Below are positions 11,306 to 21,397 of a DNA stretch of 64,000 nucleotides, in pieces. Location of the stretch: contig JAUZTB010000062.1 in NCBI GenBank assembly GCA_034780895.1, positions 9,920,045-9,984,044 of the forward strand, read 5' to 3'. Numbering within the stretch: the stretch's first letter is position 1; each line of letters begins with the position of its first letter. Origin of the DNA: Rhynchobatus australiae. Its lineage: Eukaryota. The notes beneath the pieces were generated by a model. That model was not told where the DNA came from and made no database searches. It saw only the letters and a program-made list of their open reading frames with translations. Position numbers and translations under genes: made by a program.

Positions 11306-14300
11306 CTGTAGTTTGACAAATGTGTATTTGGCAGGAAGAAAATAAAGAGAAAACGCAAAAGGTTCACAAGTATCCCATTAAGCCCGAGGCACAGCAGAGC
11401 CTTTTGACTGTGTCTGTCTCCATAAAATGTAGGTAGAATTATCATTTGTCCAGTCACAAAATTCTCCATGCAATTTTGCCATCATCGCCAATTCAAAAAA
11501 ATTTTAATTTTCTGTGCCTGGGAGCTACGAATTTAAGTGTGTTATTTGCTGATCAAATAATGAAGAATATTGTGGAAGACCTGGAGAATGACACACAACA
11601 AGGCAGTGCTTGGAGAAGGTAGCATAGAATAAAGTAGTATGTTTTACACACAAATACAACACCACATGCCACTGATAGGATGCACATCATACTGAACGTC
11701 AAGGCTTCTTCTACAATATTGCTATCAGAATGAGGCGAGTTTTATCTGCATAAGGAAAGGCAAGACATGAATTATGAACTGCTTAGAATGGATTAAAGAA
11801 TCAAAATATGGTTAGTGAAAATAGGAAAAAAATGATGATTGCAGAGCATTTCAAAGTGAGAGATCAGGTTTGCACCTTAAAAATATTAGGAAAAAAATAC
11901 ATTTGTTTTATTTATGTTAACATGATCCAATTAGCTCAAAGATGCTTTAGGGCCAAGTGAACTAAGAATTGAATGCTTTACAAATCACACTCCCCAAAAC
12001 CATATCACTTGCCTAGTTTCTGTTTGAACATCACTAAGATTTGACTTTCTTTGAAGATCAAACAGATAAGAGAAAAAAACTAGAACGGGGAAGAAAGGAA
12101 GCCATTTTATGATTGCGACTAACAGGGAATCAACACTAGCTCATTAGCAACAATAAATACTTTATCTTATTAGCTCTCAGCTGACATCTTAGTTGAGTGC
12201 AGAGCATAAGAGAATGTGATGAGATCCATAATGGTAATCTGTTGCACCTACTAGAGCAGGATAACTTGGAAGGGGTTGTCTAGAAGCAGTACATAAGAAA
12301 TAAGTATAGGACTACCGAGCCAGAGTAATAATTTAAAATAAAACTCTGCCTTTAAAACATCCACTAAAATGACATAAGATCACACAATTGGCCTTGATGC
12401 GAATATGATACAAATAAACCAGCTTCAAGTGGATATTCAGATGATTTAGTCCATTTCCTGCAAGGCACACTACAGTATAACATTGTATACACACTTTACT
12501 CCAGTCACATTCTGAAAGAAAGCCATTTAAAGTTGAGAAATTTACATCAAGTAAATTCAAAAGGAAGCATTGATTAATCAGTAATTTTTTTAAAAATCAA
12601 TTATTCGTTTAAACATAATGTTAATTGGATTCAGGTGAATTAATTTTGAAAAGATATGCATTTTATCAAGGACTAGACCAAAATCAACACTGCAGTATAA
12701 AATTTACTGTACAACTACTGGGTCATGGGATTAAACAGGATCATTGCAACTTTTGAATGAACAAATCATCTCCTGAAATAATTGAAGGGACATCAATGTC
12801 AGAGCGCCAGTCGGTCTCCCCAGCAAAACCCTTCTTGTGCAGTTCAACAAAGAGTATTGGTCTACTCCTAATATAAAAGCATGCAAAGCAGTTAGATGTT
12901 TAAAAATAATTTGTTTATCAGAGCTTGCCTCTTGGAATTGTTCAGAAAGGAAATTCCTACGTTTAAGCGGTTGCACAGTACTTGGTGACTAGCGCTACCA
13001 TCTGGACAACTAATTGAATAACAGGAAGCAACAAAACTGATATTTTCTCCCCCACTAATTTGTTTTAGGAGCATTAAAGCCCAAAGGAGCAGCAATTTCC
13101 AGGAGCACAAATGTTGCTTATAATGAATGGAAAGATCTTTGAAGTTTTTTCTCCATTAAATAATATTTGAATAGTTAAAGATCTTTGTTCCCTTTATTGA
13201 AAAAAAAAGTATCTTTTCTTGCACACTGCTCAAATCCATTATAACACTGGTTTTATTCTGCCATACCTACTGCCCTGTTTAAAATAAAACTTACACAGGA
13301 AAATTGAGTGGTACGTGGAACTGCTAACATACTTGTGTACTGTGTACAAAATAGCACAGCGTGGATCTGGTCTGATGTTCTACACAATGATTTTTCAATT
13401 GCAATCAGGTCATCTATATAAAAGTTAATCACAAAGGGGGAAGGAAGGACAAGCCAACATGCTATTCCTCACTAACGTACATTATTAGTTGAGGCCTGAA
13501 AATAACATAAGCTAGCGTAAAAGATGGCAAAAATGTCTCATGTAGAAATCTGTGGATCCAAACTTTAATGACAGAATTCTAAACTTACTTACTTTAGTTA
13601 ATTTTGCTACGTTGTACACAACACTGTGACTGTGTTTTCTGTACTGAACTTTTCTTTTAATAGTTGCGTTAATTTCTAAGAAAGTGAGCAGCTATGTTTT
13701 CCTATATCTCCCTTTATAAATGTTTCTGTAAAACACATGCCTCCTNNNNNNNNNNNNNNNNNNNNNNNNNNNNNNNNNNNNNNNNNNNNNNNNNNNNNNN
13801 NNNNNNNNNNNNNNNNNNNNNNNNNNNNNNNNNNNNNNNNNNNNNNNNNNNNNNNNNNNNNNNNNNNNNNNNNNNNNNNNNNNNNNNNNNNNNNNNNNNN
13901 NNNNNNNNNNNNNNNNNNNNNNNNNNNNNNNNNNNNNNNNNNNNNNNNNNNNNNNNNNNNNNNNNNNNNNNNNNNNNNNNNNNNNNNNNNNNNNNNNNNN
14001 NNNNNNNNNNNNNNNNNNNNNNNNNNNNNNNNNNNNNNNNNNNNNNNNNNNNNNNNNNNNNNNNNNNNNNNNNNNNNNNNNNNNNNNNNNNNNNNNNNNN
14101 NNNNNNNNNNNNNNNNNNNNNNNNNNNNNNNNNNNNNNNNNNNNNNNNNNNNNNNNNNNNNNNNNNNNNNNNNNNNNNNNNNNNNNNNNNNNNNNNNNNN
14201 NNNNNNNNNNNNNNNNNNNNNNNNNNNNNNNNNNNNNNNNNNNNNNNNNNNNNNNNNNNNNNNNNNNNNNNNNNNNNNNNNNNNNNNNNNNNNNNNNNNN

Positions 14301-14476
14301 NNNNNNNNNNNNNNNNNNNNNNNNNNNNNNNNNNNNNNNNNNNNNNNNNNNNNNNNNNNNNNNNNNNNNNNNNNNNNNNNNNNNNNNNNNNNNNNNNNNN
14401 NNNNNNNNNNNNNNNNNNNNNNNNNNNNNNNNNNNNNNNNNNNNNNNNNNNNNNNNNNNNNNNNNNNNNNNNNNNN

Positions 14477-14790
14477 CCAGTTCGGGGAGGGGGAGAGGGA
14501 GAGGGTGGAGGTAGAGCCAGAGGCTGGAAGATGATGTGGAGACAACAAAGGGCTGCAGATTCTGGAACCTGATAAGTAAGGAAGGTGATGTGGAACCAGA
14601 TAAGGGAAGGATGATGGGCAGTTGGATCCACTGGGGAGGGGATAGAAAGCCCTGTGGGTTAAGTATGTAGGTGATAGGCAGATGGAACCAGGGGGATGTG
14701 AAAGCAACTGGGTAAATGGAGGCTGGGTGGGAGTTGGTTGGAAAGAAGGTGGGGGTATGAGAGAGCCTGAATGTATTAGGAGAAAGAAAG
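14477..14790. mobile_element. Penelope-derived purine-rich interspersed repeat
   Basis: agaggctggaagatgatgtggagacaacaaagggctgcagattctggaa is nearly the same as 35437-35490. Confidence 0.65.
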
Positions 14791-15524
14791 GAACACATGA
14801 GGCATAGTATGGTACTCCTAATACCACACACTGCAATATTCAAATTATAGTCAGTGATTTTGTAAAAGAGAAAATATGGAATCTGTACATTTACTTGTGA
14901 AGAGACATGGTGTTGATAGCTATTCTGTTTCTGCAACACTGTTAAACTATGCAATCAAAAAAACTATTGCAAGGTTTTTTAAAATACAAAATTAGAACTA
15001 AAGATAGGATATTTTTATCTTTGGAAATAATTAATGTCAAATCAGATGAATCGGAAACTGTTANNNNNNNNNNNNNNNNNNNNNNNNNNNNNNNNNNNNN
15101 NNNNNNNNNNNNNNNNNNNNNNNNNNNNNNNNNNNNNNNNNNNNNNNNNNNNNNNNNNNNNNNGTTAGAGAATGTGTTCTTATTATGAAGTTATTTCTCA
15201 CTGCATGTACATGTTAACTAAATGTAATATTTATGCAAGCATTCACTAGTAATGTTTAACAATGACTGGGAAAAAAAAATCAAAAGTGAAAGATAAACTT
15301 AATTTTCTTAATGAGGTCTTCTGCACAGTTAAAAATCATGCAACTAAATTCAGAACAACACCAAATTACAGATTAATTTGTAATTCTGTGTTTTCAAATA
15401 TAATTTAATCATGTAGCACAAGGAGACTATTTTGTTCAATGTGTCTGTGCCTGCTTTTTGCAGGAGCTAGGCAAATGGACCCATTCCTCTGATTTTACCA
15501 CATATGCACTTCATAAGTTTTTGC

Positions 15525-15745
15525 TGCTTTTGGGATGTGGATGGACAGGAGGGAGAAGGGTGGGATGTGGACTAGTTGCCCTTATCTATCGGCACTGTTA
15601 AGGTGATGGTAGACTTTCTCTTTGACCTGCTGCAATCCTTTTGGTGAAGGTGTTTCAGCAATGATGTTATGTATGGAACTTCAGGATATTAACCCAGTGA
15701 CACAAGTTATGACAATACATGACCGTCATGATGGTATATGGCTCA
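15525..15745 (-). mobile_element. 3' end fragment of an ancient chondrichthyan LINE family
   Basis: aaggtgatggtag...ctgcaatcc...ttcaggatattaacccagtgac pattern recognised by eye; highly diverged. Confidence 0.4.
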
Positions 15746-16674
15746 GATTATGAAGGAAATGATATTAACTACCTGAACTTATCTAACAATTAAAATTATA
15801 AAACAATAACCAATACTGAAGATATGAAACAGTCTTGAGTTCTGGCAAGTATATACACATATATTTTTAAAATTTTAAAATCATCCTCAGCTAACCAGTG
15901 AATAAAATCTGAAAACATATGAAAGAATGATTTTTGAAAGTTACTTTTAACTCACTGGAAACATAAGGAATCTGTCCTAATTTCTACAGAATGTTCATCC
16001 ATCCTTTCAAAGGTAAATGGAACACACACAATTTCACATTTCACAATATTAAAATCTTTTGTTAAATTTCAAGAGTCAAGCTTTAGCTTTTAATCACACT
16101 TGTAAGAAGTCCCATTTACCTTTACTACTGCAGGCACCAGGTTTTCCACTTATGAACACTTAGGATATGAAAATCAGTAGGACACTGCAAAAGCAACTGT
16201 CCCTGTAGGACGAACGCCACAGATTGATCACCAAAAAAAGCAAAACAGCAGCACAGTGGAAAACTGTTAAATGCATAATGCTTCTACAAACTTTTTTTTG
16301 TAATGCTATCAATATTAATAAGTTTGTTACAAAAATGTTTAGTTCATTATCCAAGGGTAAATAATGTAGGAATACTTTAACAAATATGAATTATTAGCTC
16401 AATATTAGATTGGGGATTAGAAGGTGTATATACCACAACATTATTTTGGGCATTCCACTTTGAGTCCAATTAGTATATGTGTTTCTGTTTTATTAAGTTT
16501 ATATTTACATTTATGTATTTAAGAGTGATCCACTGTACTGCTACCTTAAGCTCACACGTAGCAAAGAGCTAACAAACACCCGCTATTGAAAGCAGCACAC
16601 CTCTACCACCAGCTGTAAGACAAAGACCAGCAGCACCCTGGGCACAATTAGCTACATGTCAGTGTGGTACATAC

Positions 16675-16677
16675 CTC
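16675..16677 (-). CDS. CYTH1: CYTH1 exon 10, 3-nt alternatively spliced microexon (GAG) adding one Gly to the PH beta1/beta2 loop
   Basis: Minus strand reads ctctctttccttatacacacAG-GAG-GTATGT, i.e. pyrimidine tract, acceptor, GAG, strong donor, in the intron between exons 9 and 11. Inclusion gives LKL-GGG-RVK; skipping gives LKL-GG-RVK, as known for mammalian cytohesins. Confidence 0.85.
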
Positions 16678-18724
16678 CTGTGTGTATAAGGAAAGAGAGC
16701 CAGTCATGTAACAACCAAACGGGAAGGAAAGAAAATTAAAAAGAAAAACAAAATTAATTTTAGAAATTAACCCTTTGAGTACTAGAATTGCAGAAGTGAC
16801 TTGATAAACCGACTTTGCTTTAAAATGAGAGCATTATATATAATTTCTTTTCCCTCTATTTTGAATTTTAACTGGAAAAGCATTTTGAACACCCAGATTT
16901 TTATTCAAAGTTTCAAACTCATCTACTGTTTTCAGCTTCTTTAAAAAATACTGAGGTGACTGACAATTTCAACATTGCTATTTCACACATGGAAGTTAAA
17001 AAAAAAGTTGCACATATATGAAATCCAATGTTGAGAATCCATTTTAAGAGTTTTTAAAAATGATCAGAAGGCCAATCTGTACATAATTAACAGATTATCT
17101 CACTAGTTATGGCAAGTTCCAGACTATTAACCCCTGGGAATTTCATAATTCAGCCTCTTTCCTTAGAAGAATTGTTCTAAATCATCCTTCACCCAAGAAG
17201 TGTCTTTTATTAATGAGTTTTATTTCCTTCTTTTTCATAGTTGCCCAATCTACTTCATGGTTAATCCAGCAACCAAATTAGCTTCTTACCCTTCTGGACC
17301 TCCCAATGACCAAAATCACTCAATGATTCAAAAAGAAAGAGATAAACAGGTTTATGATAGCCAGATTGAAATTAAGCCACCATGGGTCAGTACAATGTAC
17401 CAGTAGGAAAGTGGCCAACGTGACCAATAGGTTCCTTTGACCACCACATTAAGTTACTTTCACCCCCAATAGCTTTCGCTATTAAACACAAAAATGAAAA
17501 ATAGAGATTCTCTATATACTGATTTGAGATTGCATTCATGCCATCAGCATGCTAATATAGAGTTCAAATCGGGTACCAACAGCTTGTTCAACTTTATCAA
17601 CAATTGAAGTAAATGTAAAAGGAAAACAGATAAACTTCATTCATTTTCATTTCTGCTTTCTTTGGAGATGTCAGTTATTTTACAGTCTTAAATATAGTTA
17701 ATTCAAATAATAAATGTTGTCAGATTACTGAGTCACAACTGTATTCTGAGGTGCATTTCCTTCTTTTAATACTCTGTCTAAAATAAATTCTCCTGCCAGT
17801 TGAATGCAAAGATGCAAACTGGATCGCTCAAAGGGTTAAAGTGAATAAACAGAATTTTCAACATAGGTAGGTAAAAATGAAATTATTCAAATCTAATTAT
17901 CAAAATTATAACAAAATATTTTGTATGTACAACAATTAAAACTGGGCTGAAACGTTGAAACTGACTCACATTTTGAGATAGTCTGCACAAAAGCTTTCAC
18001 TTAACCCTTGGTTGTGAGAATTAACCCTTGCCACAAATGTCACACTGCTGTGCACCAATACACCTGTAAGATCATGTAACTTTTTCATTTAGTGACAACT
18101 ACCGAAGGGTACTATTAATGTTACTGTTGTTATTAGCAACGCTAATTAGCAACTAATTAGCAATGCTAATTAGTTATTAGCATTTAATGAAAGAACTGAT
18201 CTCTTTGTCAATGAATAAGTGCTATACTAAGATACATCCTCTCAAAAGGTGATAAATGAATAGTATTACTCCCAAAATGAACTGCAATTCTCCATCAAAC
18301 TTTTGTGTTGTGCTCCAGATCTGAGCTCCAAATGATGTACAAGCTACTCACTTTCCAATCCATATCAAGTCACATAGTTAATTACAGATTTCTAGCATAA
18401 AATATGAACTACTTGAAGTCTAGAAGCTTAAAATGGAGTTTTAATCTTCCACAAGTTAAAACTAATTCACTCAGCAGTAATATAATATTCAATATTTATG
18501 CTATGGAAATTGTAGAAAGATATTTACGCACAATATGGATTTTCTTTTCCTGGTGGGAGAAACCAGTTATGTGTGAATCAGGTGAAGCATGCGACTGTGC
18601 AAAACAGAATATATTTTCCACTTCTGTCAATCTGCACCAACATCAAATACTCCTAAGCCGGTGGGAGGTGAAGCAGAATTTGACCTGGAGCAGTTTTCTC
18701 TCCTGTTGCCCAGTCTAGGGAGGA

Positions 18725-18827
18725 TACAGGTGGTTCTGCTATAACATATGTTTCCATAATGTGAATTTTTTATAATGTGATTGATGGGTTAGGGAATACT
18801 ATTAGCATTACATAGACCACATTGTTT
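18725..18827 (-). mobile_element. Truncated copy of the TA-flanked MITE at 63639-63872
   Basis: tacaggtggttctgctataac...gatgggttagggaatactattagcattac aligns with the reverse complement of 63775-63874. Confidence 0.75.
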
Positions 18828-18859
18828 GCTATTAGGCATTGACAAAGACACTAACTCTG

Positions 18860-20460
18860 GATACAAAGTCCAGGGGACTGATGTCTAAACTGGGAGAGCT
18901 GTCGGACAATCAAGACAAGCATCAGCCTGCTGTTCCCTCCCATCTCCCTTTGCTTAACTGTGACTGCAATCATTCTAAAATGGGATAGGCTCACAACCGG
19001 TTCAGCATTTTAAAACCTAGCATCCCTGAGACTCCATGGACCACCAGCAGTAGTAGAATAAATGTACACGATCACAATCTGTAACCTCATGGTCCAGCGC
19101 ATCTTTCACTCTACCACTGCTACCAAGCTAGGAGATCAAACCCAGATCAACAAGGAATGCAGAAGTTCATGCTGGGAGCTGCACCAGCAATACCTGAAGG
19201 TGAGGTGCCAACCTAGTGAAGCAGCCACATAGGACTACATGTGTGCTAAACATCATGCAATAAACAGTGTTAAGCAATCTCATAACCAATGGAACCGATC
19301 AAAACTCTGCAATCCAGTTGGTAATGGACAACTAACCAGTTAATGGAAGAAGATCCAAGAACATTCCCATCCTCAGTGATGGTGGGGCCTCGTACAAGAA
19401 GGCAAGGCTGAAGCATTCATAACCACATTCAGCAAGAAGTCCCTGCTCCCGAGGTCCCACCAAAACAAAAAAGTCTTCAGGTCACATGTTGTCAAGAAAT
19501 GGTTGAGAACACTGGATGCAGCAAAGCCTAAAGAACCAGATAATACCCCAGCCTTCATACTAAAGACCTGTACCCCACAGCAATGTGCCTCCAGCAAAGC
19601 AGATCAAGTAAAATTACGAAAAGGATTTCAATCCAACAACATGGAAAATTGCCTATGTATGTCCTGTTCATAAAAAGCAGGACAAGTCCAGTCAGCTAAC
19701 TTCTTACTGCCCAGTCTAGTGTCAACCATCGGCCAAGTGGTGATCATCGACTATGCTGTAAAGGGCACTTACCCACCAATAACCTGCTCACCAATACCAA
19801 TTTGGGTTTTACCAGGACCAATCACAGTGATTCTTATCACAGCCTTGATCCAAGCAAGGATCAAACAGCTAAATTCCAGAGATGAGTGCCATTGTTTTTG
19901 ATTGCATGGCAGCATCTGACCATGTGGCATCAAGGAGCCCTGACAAAACTAAAGGTAATGGGCATCAAGGGAAAACATTTCAAACAGTGGAACAATATTT
20001 TAAACAAAAATAGATGATTGTGGTTTTTGGAGGTCATCTCAGCCACAGGACATTGCAGCAGGAGTCCCTCGGGGTGGTGTCCTCCGCCCTACCATCCTCA
20101 GCTGCTTCATCAGTGAAACTCCTTCCATCAAATCATTCACATCTCCCCAGGAAATGAGTGCATGACCTAGACTGCATCCAAGCATGCCCAGTATATTGCA
20201 AATAACAGGTCCACCACAAAACTGCCAGACCTGACCATTGCCAACAAGCCGGTTCAGCAACCAAGAGTGTCTAACCACCTTCCTTTGACAATTGCTGACA
20301 TTACCATTGCCAGATCCTCCACCATCAGAACCTAAGTGTCACCATTGACCGTAAAATCAATTAGACAACCACGTAACACTGCAGTCACAACAGCAGGTCA
20401 GAGGCTGAGTATCCTGCAATGAGCGACTCACCCGCTCATATCCCAAAGGGTCTCCACCAC
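18860..20460 (+). mobile_element. Decayed LINE ORF2 (CR1/L2 superclade, family distinct from the other CR1 copies)
   Basis: RT motif QDIAAGVPRGGVLRPTILSCFISE at about 20046-20120 (cf. GVPQGSVLGP.LF..FIND), plus AYVCPVHKKQDKS and SDHVWHQG-like remnants. Confidence 0.8.
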
Positions 20461-20749
20461 TTTAGAAGAGTGACTTCCCTTCCCCTTTGACTCCTAACTC
20501 TTTGCCCAACAATTGTCATAAGATGAATGCAGAANNNNNNNNNNNNNNNNCTTGTGTAACACTACGTAATATCAGCAAGACTGGGTTCCACCACTGGACA
20601 CAATATGGGGTCCATTAACAAGTGAGCTGACTGATTTAGCTCTCTGAATCTCTCAGTAAGTCCCGTCTTTCAATGCTTAGCTGCACGTGCACAGGAATGC
20701 CAGCAGTTCAATGTGGAATCGCTGGCAATTATCCTCATGCAGCAATGAC

Positions 20750-21140
20750 ACAAATACTAGCATATCTGAAGCACCTTTCACCATCTGTGCACATCCTAAA
20801 ATGCTTTCCAGATGAAAGAAGAATGTTTCTTTTGTAGCACATTCATTGCTGTAACATAGGAAATGTGGCAAACAATTTGCACACAGAAATGTGATAATAA
20901 CCAAATAATCTATTTATTTGATTAAGGGATACATGTTTGCCAGAACACTGGGGCAAATTCCCTGTTGTTCTTCAAAATAGTGCACTATCTCAATTGTGCC
21001 CACCCTAAGTGAGTGGTCTTAGTCTAATATTTCACATATAAAAACTGCACTTCCAACAGCCCAGCATTCCCTTGATACTGGATTTTTGTGCTCAACTTTC
21101 GGGAGGCTGGAACTCACAAATGTCTGGACTCAGAGGCCAC
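20750..21140 (-). mobile_element. DeuSINE (SacSINE1-like)
   Basis: ccctgttgttcttcaaaatagtgc...cttccaacagcccagcattccc...gatttttgtgctcaa...gactcagaggc matches the reverse of the Deu-domain SINE layout as I recall it. Confidence 0.7.
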
Positions 21141-21240
21141 NNNNNNNNNNNNNNNNNNNNNNNNNNNNNNNNNNNNNNNNNNNNNNNNNNNNNNNNNNNN
21201 NNNNNNNNNNNNNNNNNNNNNNNNNNNNNNNNNNNNNNNN

Positions 21241-21397
21241 TACGTCTTTGGAATGTGGGAGGAAACCGGAGCACCTGAAGGAAACCCACGCAGACACGGG
21301 AGAATGTACAAACTCCTTACAGGCAGCGGCGGGAATCGCACCCGGGTCGCTGGCGCTGTAATAGCGTCGTGCTAACCACTACGCAACCGTGCCGCCC
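21241..21397 (-). mobile_element. tRNA-derived V-SINE (HE1-like), 5' part
   Basis: Minus strand: gggcggcacggttgcgTAGTGGTTAGc (A box), GGTGCGATTCCC (B box variant), V-domain tgcgtgggtttcc...ctccggtttcctcccaca. Confidence 0.85.

Noticed and set aside
13676-14954. Long ORFs of 265-420 aa (also 45640-46720 and 2827-3399)
   Set aside because: Their length comes from N runs; the real parts are repeat-derived or random.
21300-21397. tRNA-like sequence with A and B boxes (also 37295-37370)
   Set aside because: It is a SINE head continuing into a V-domain, not a tRNA gene.
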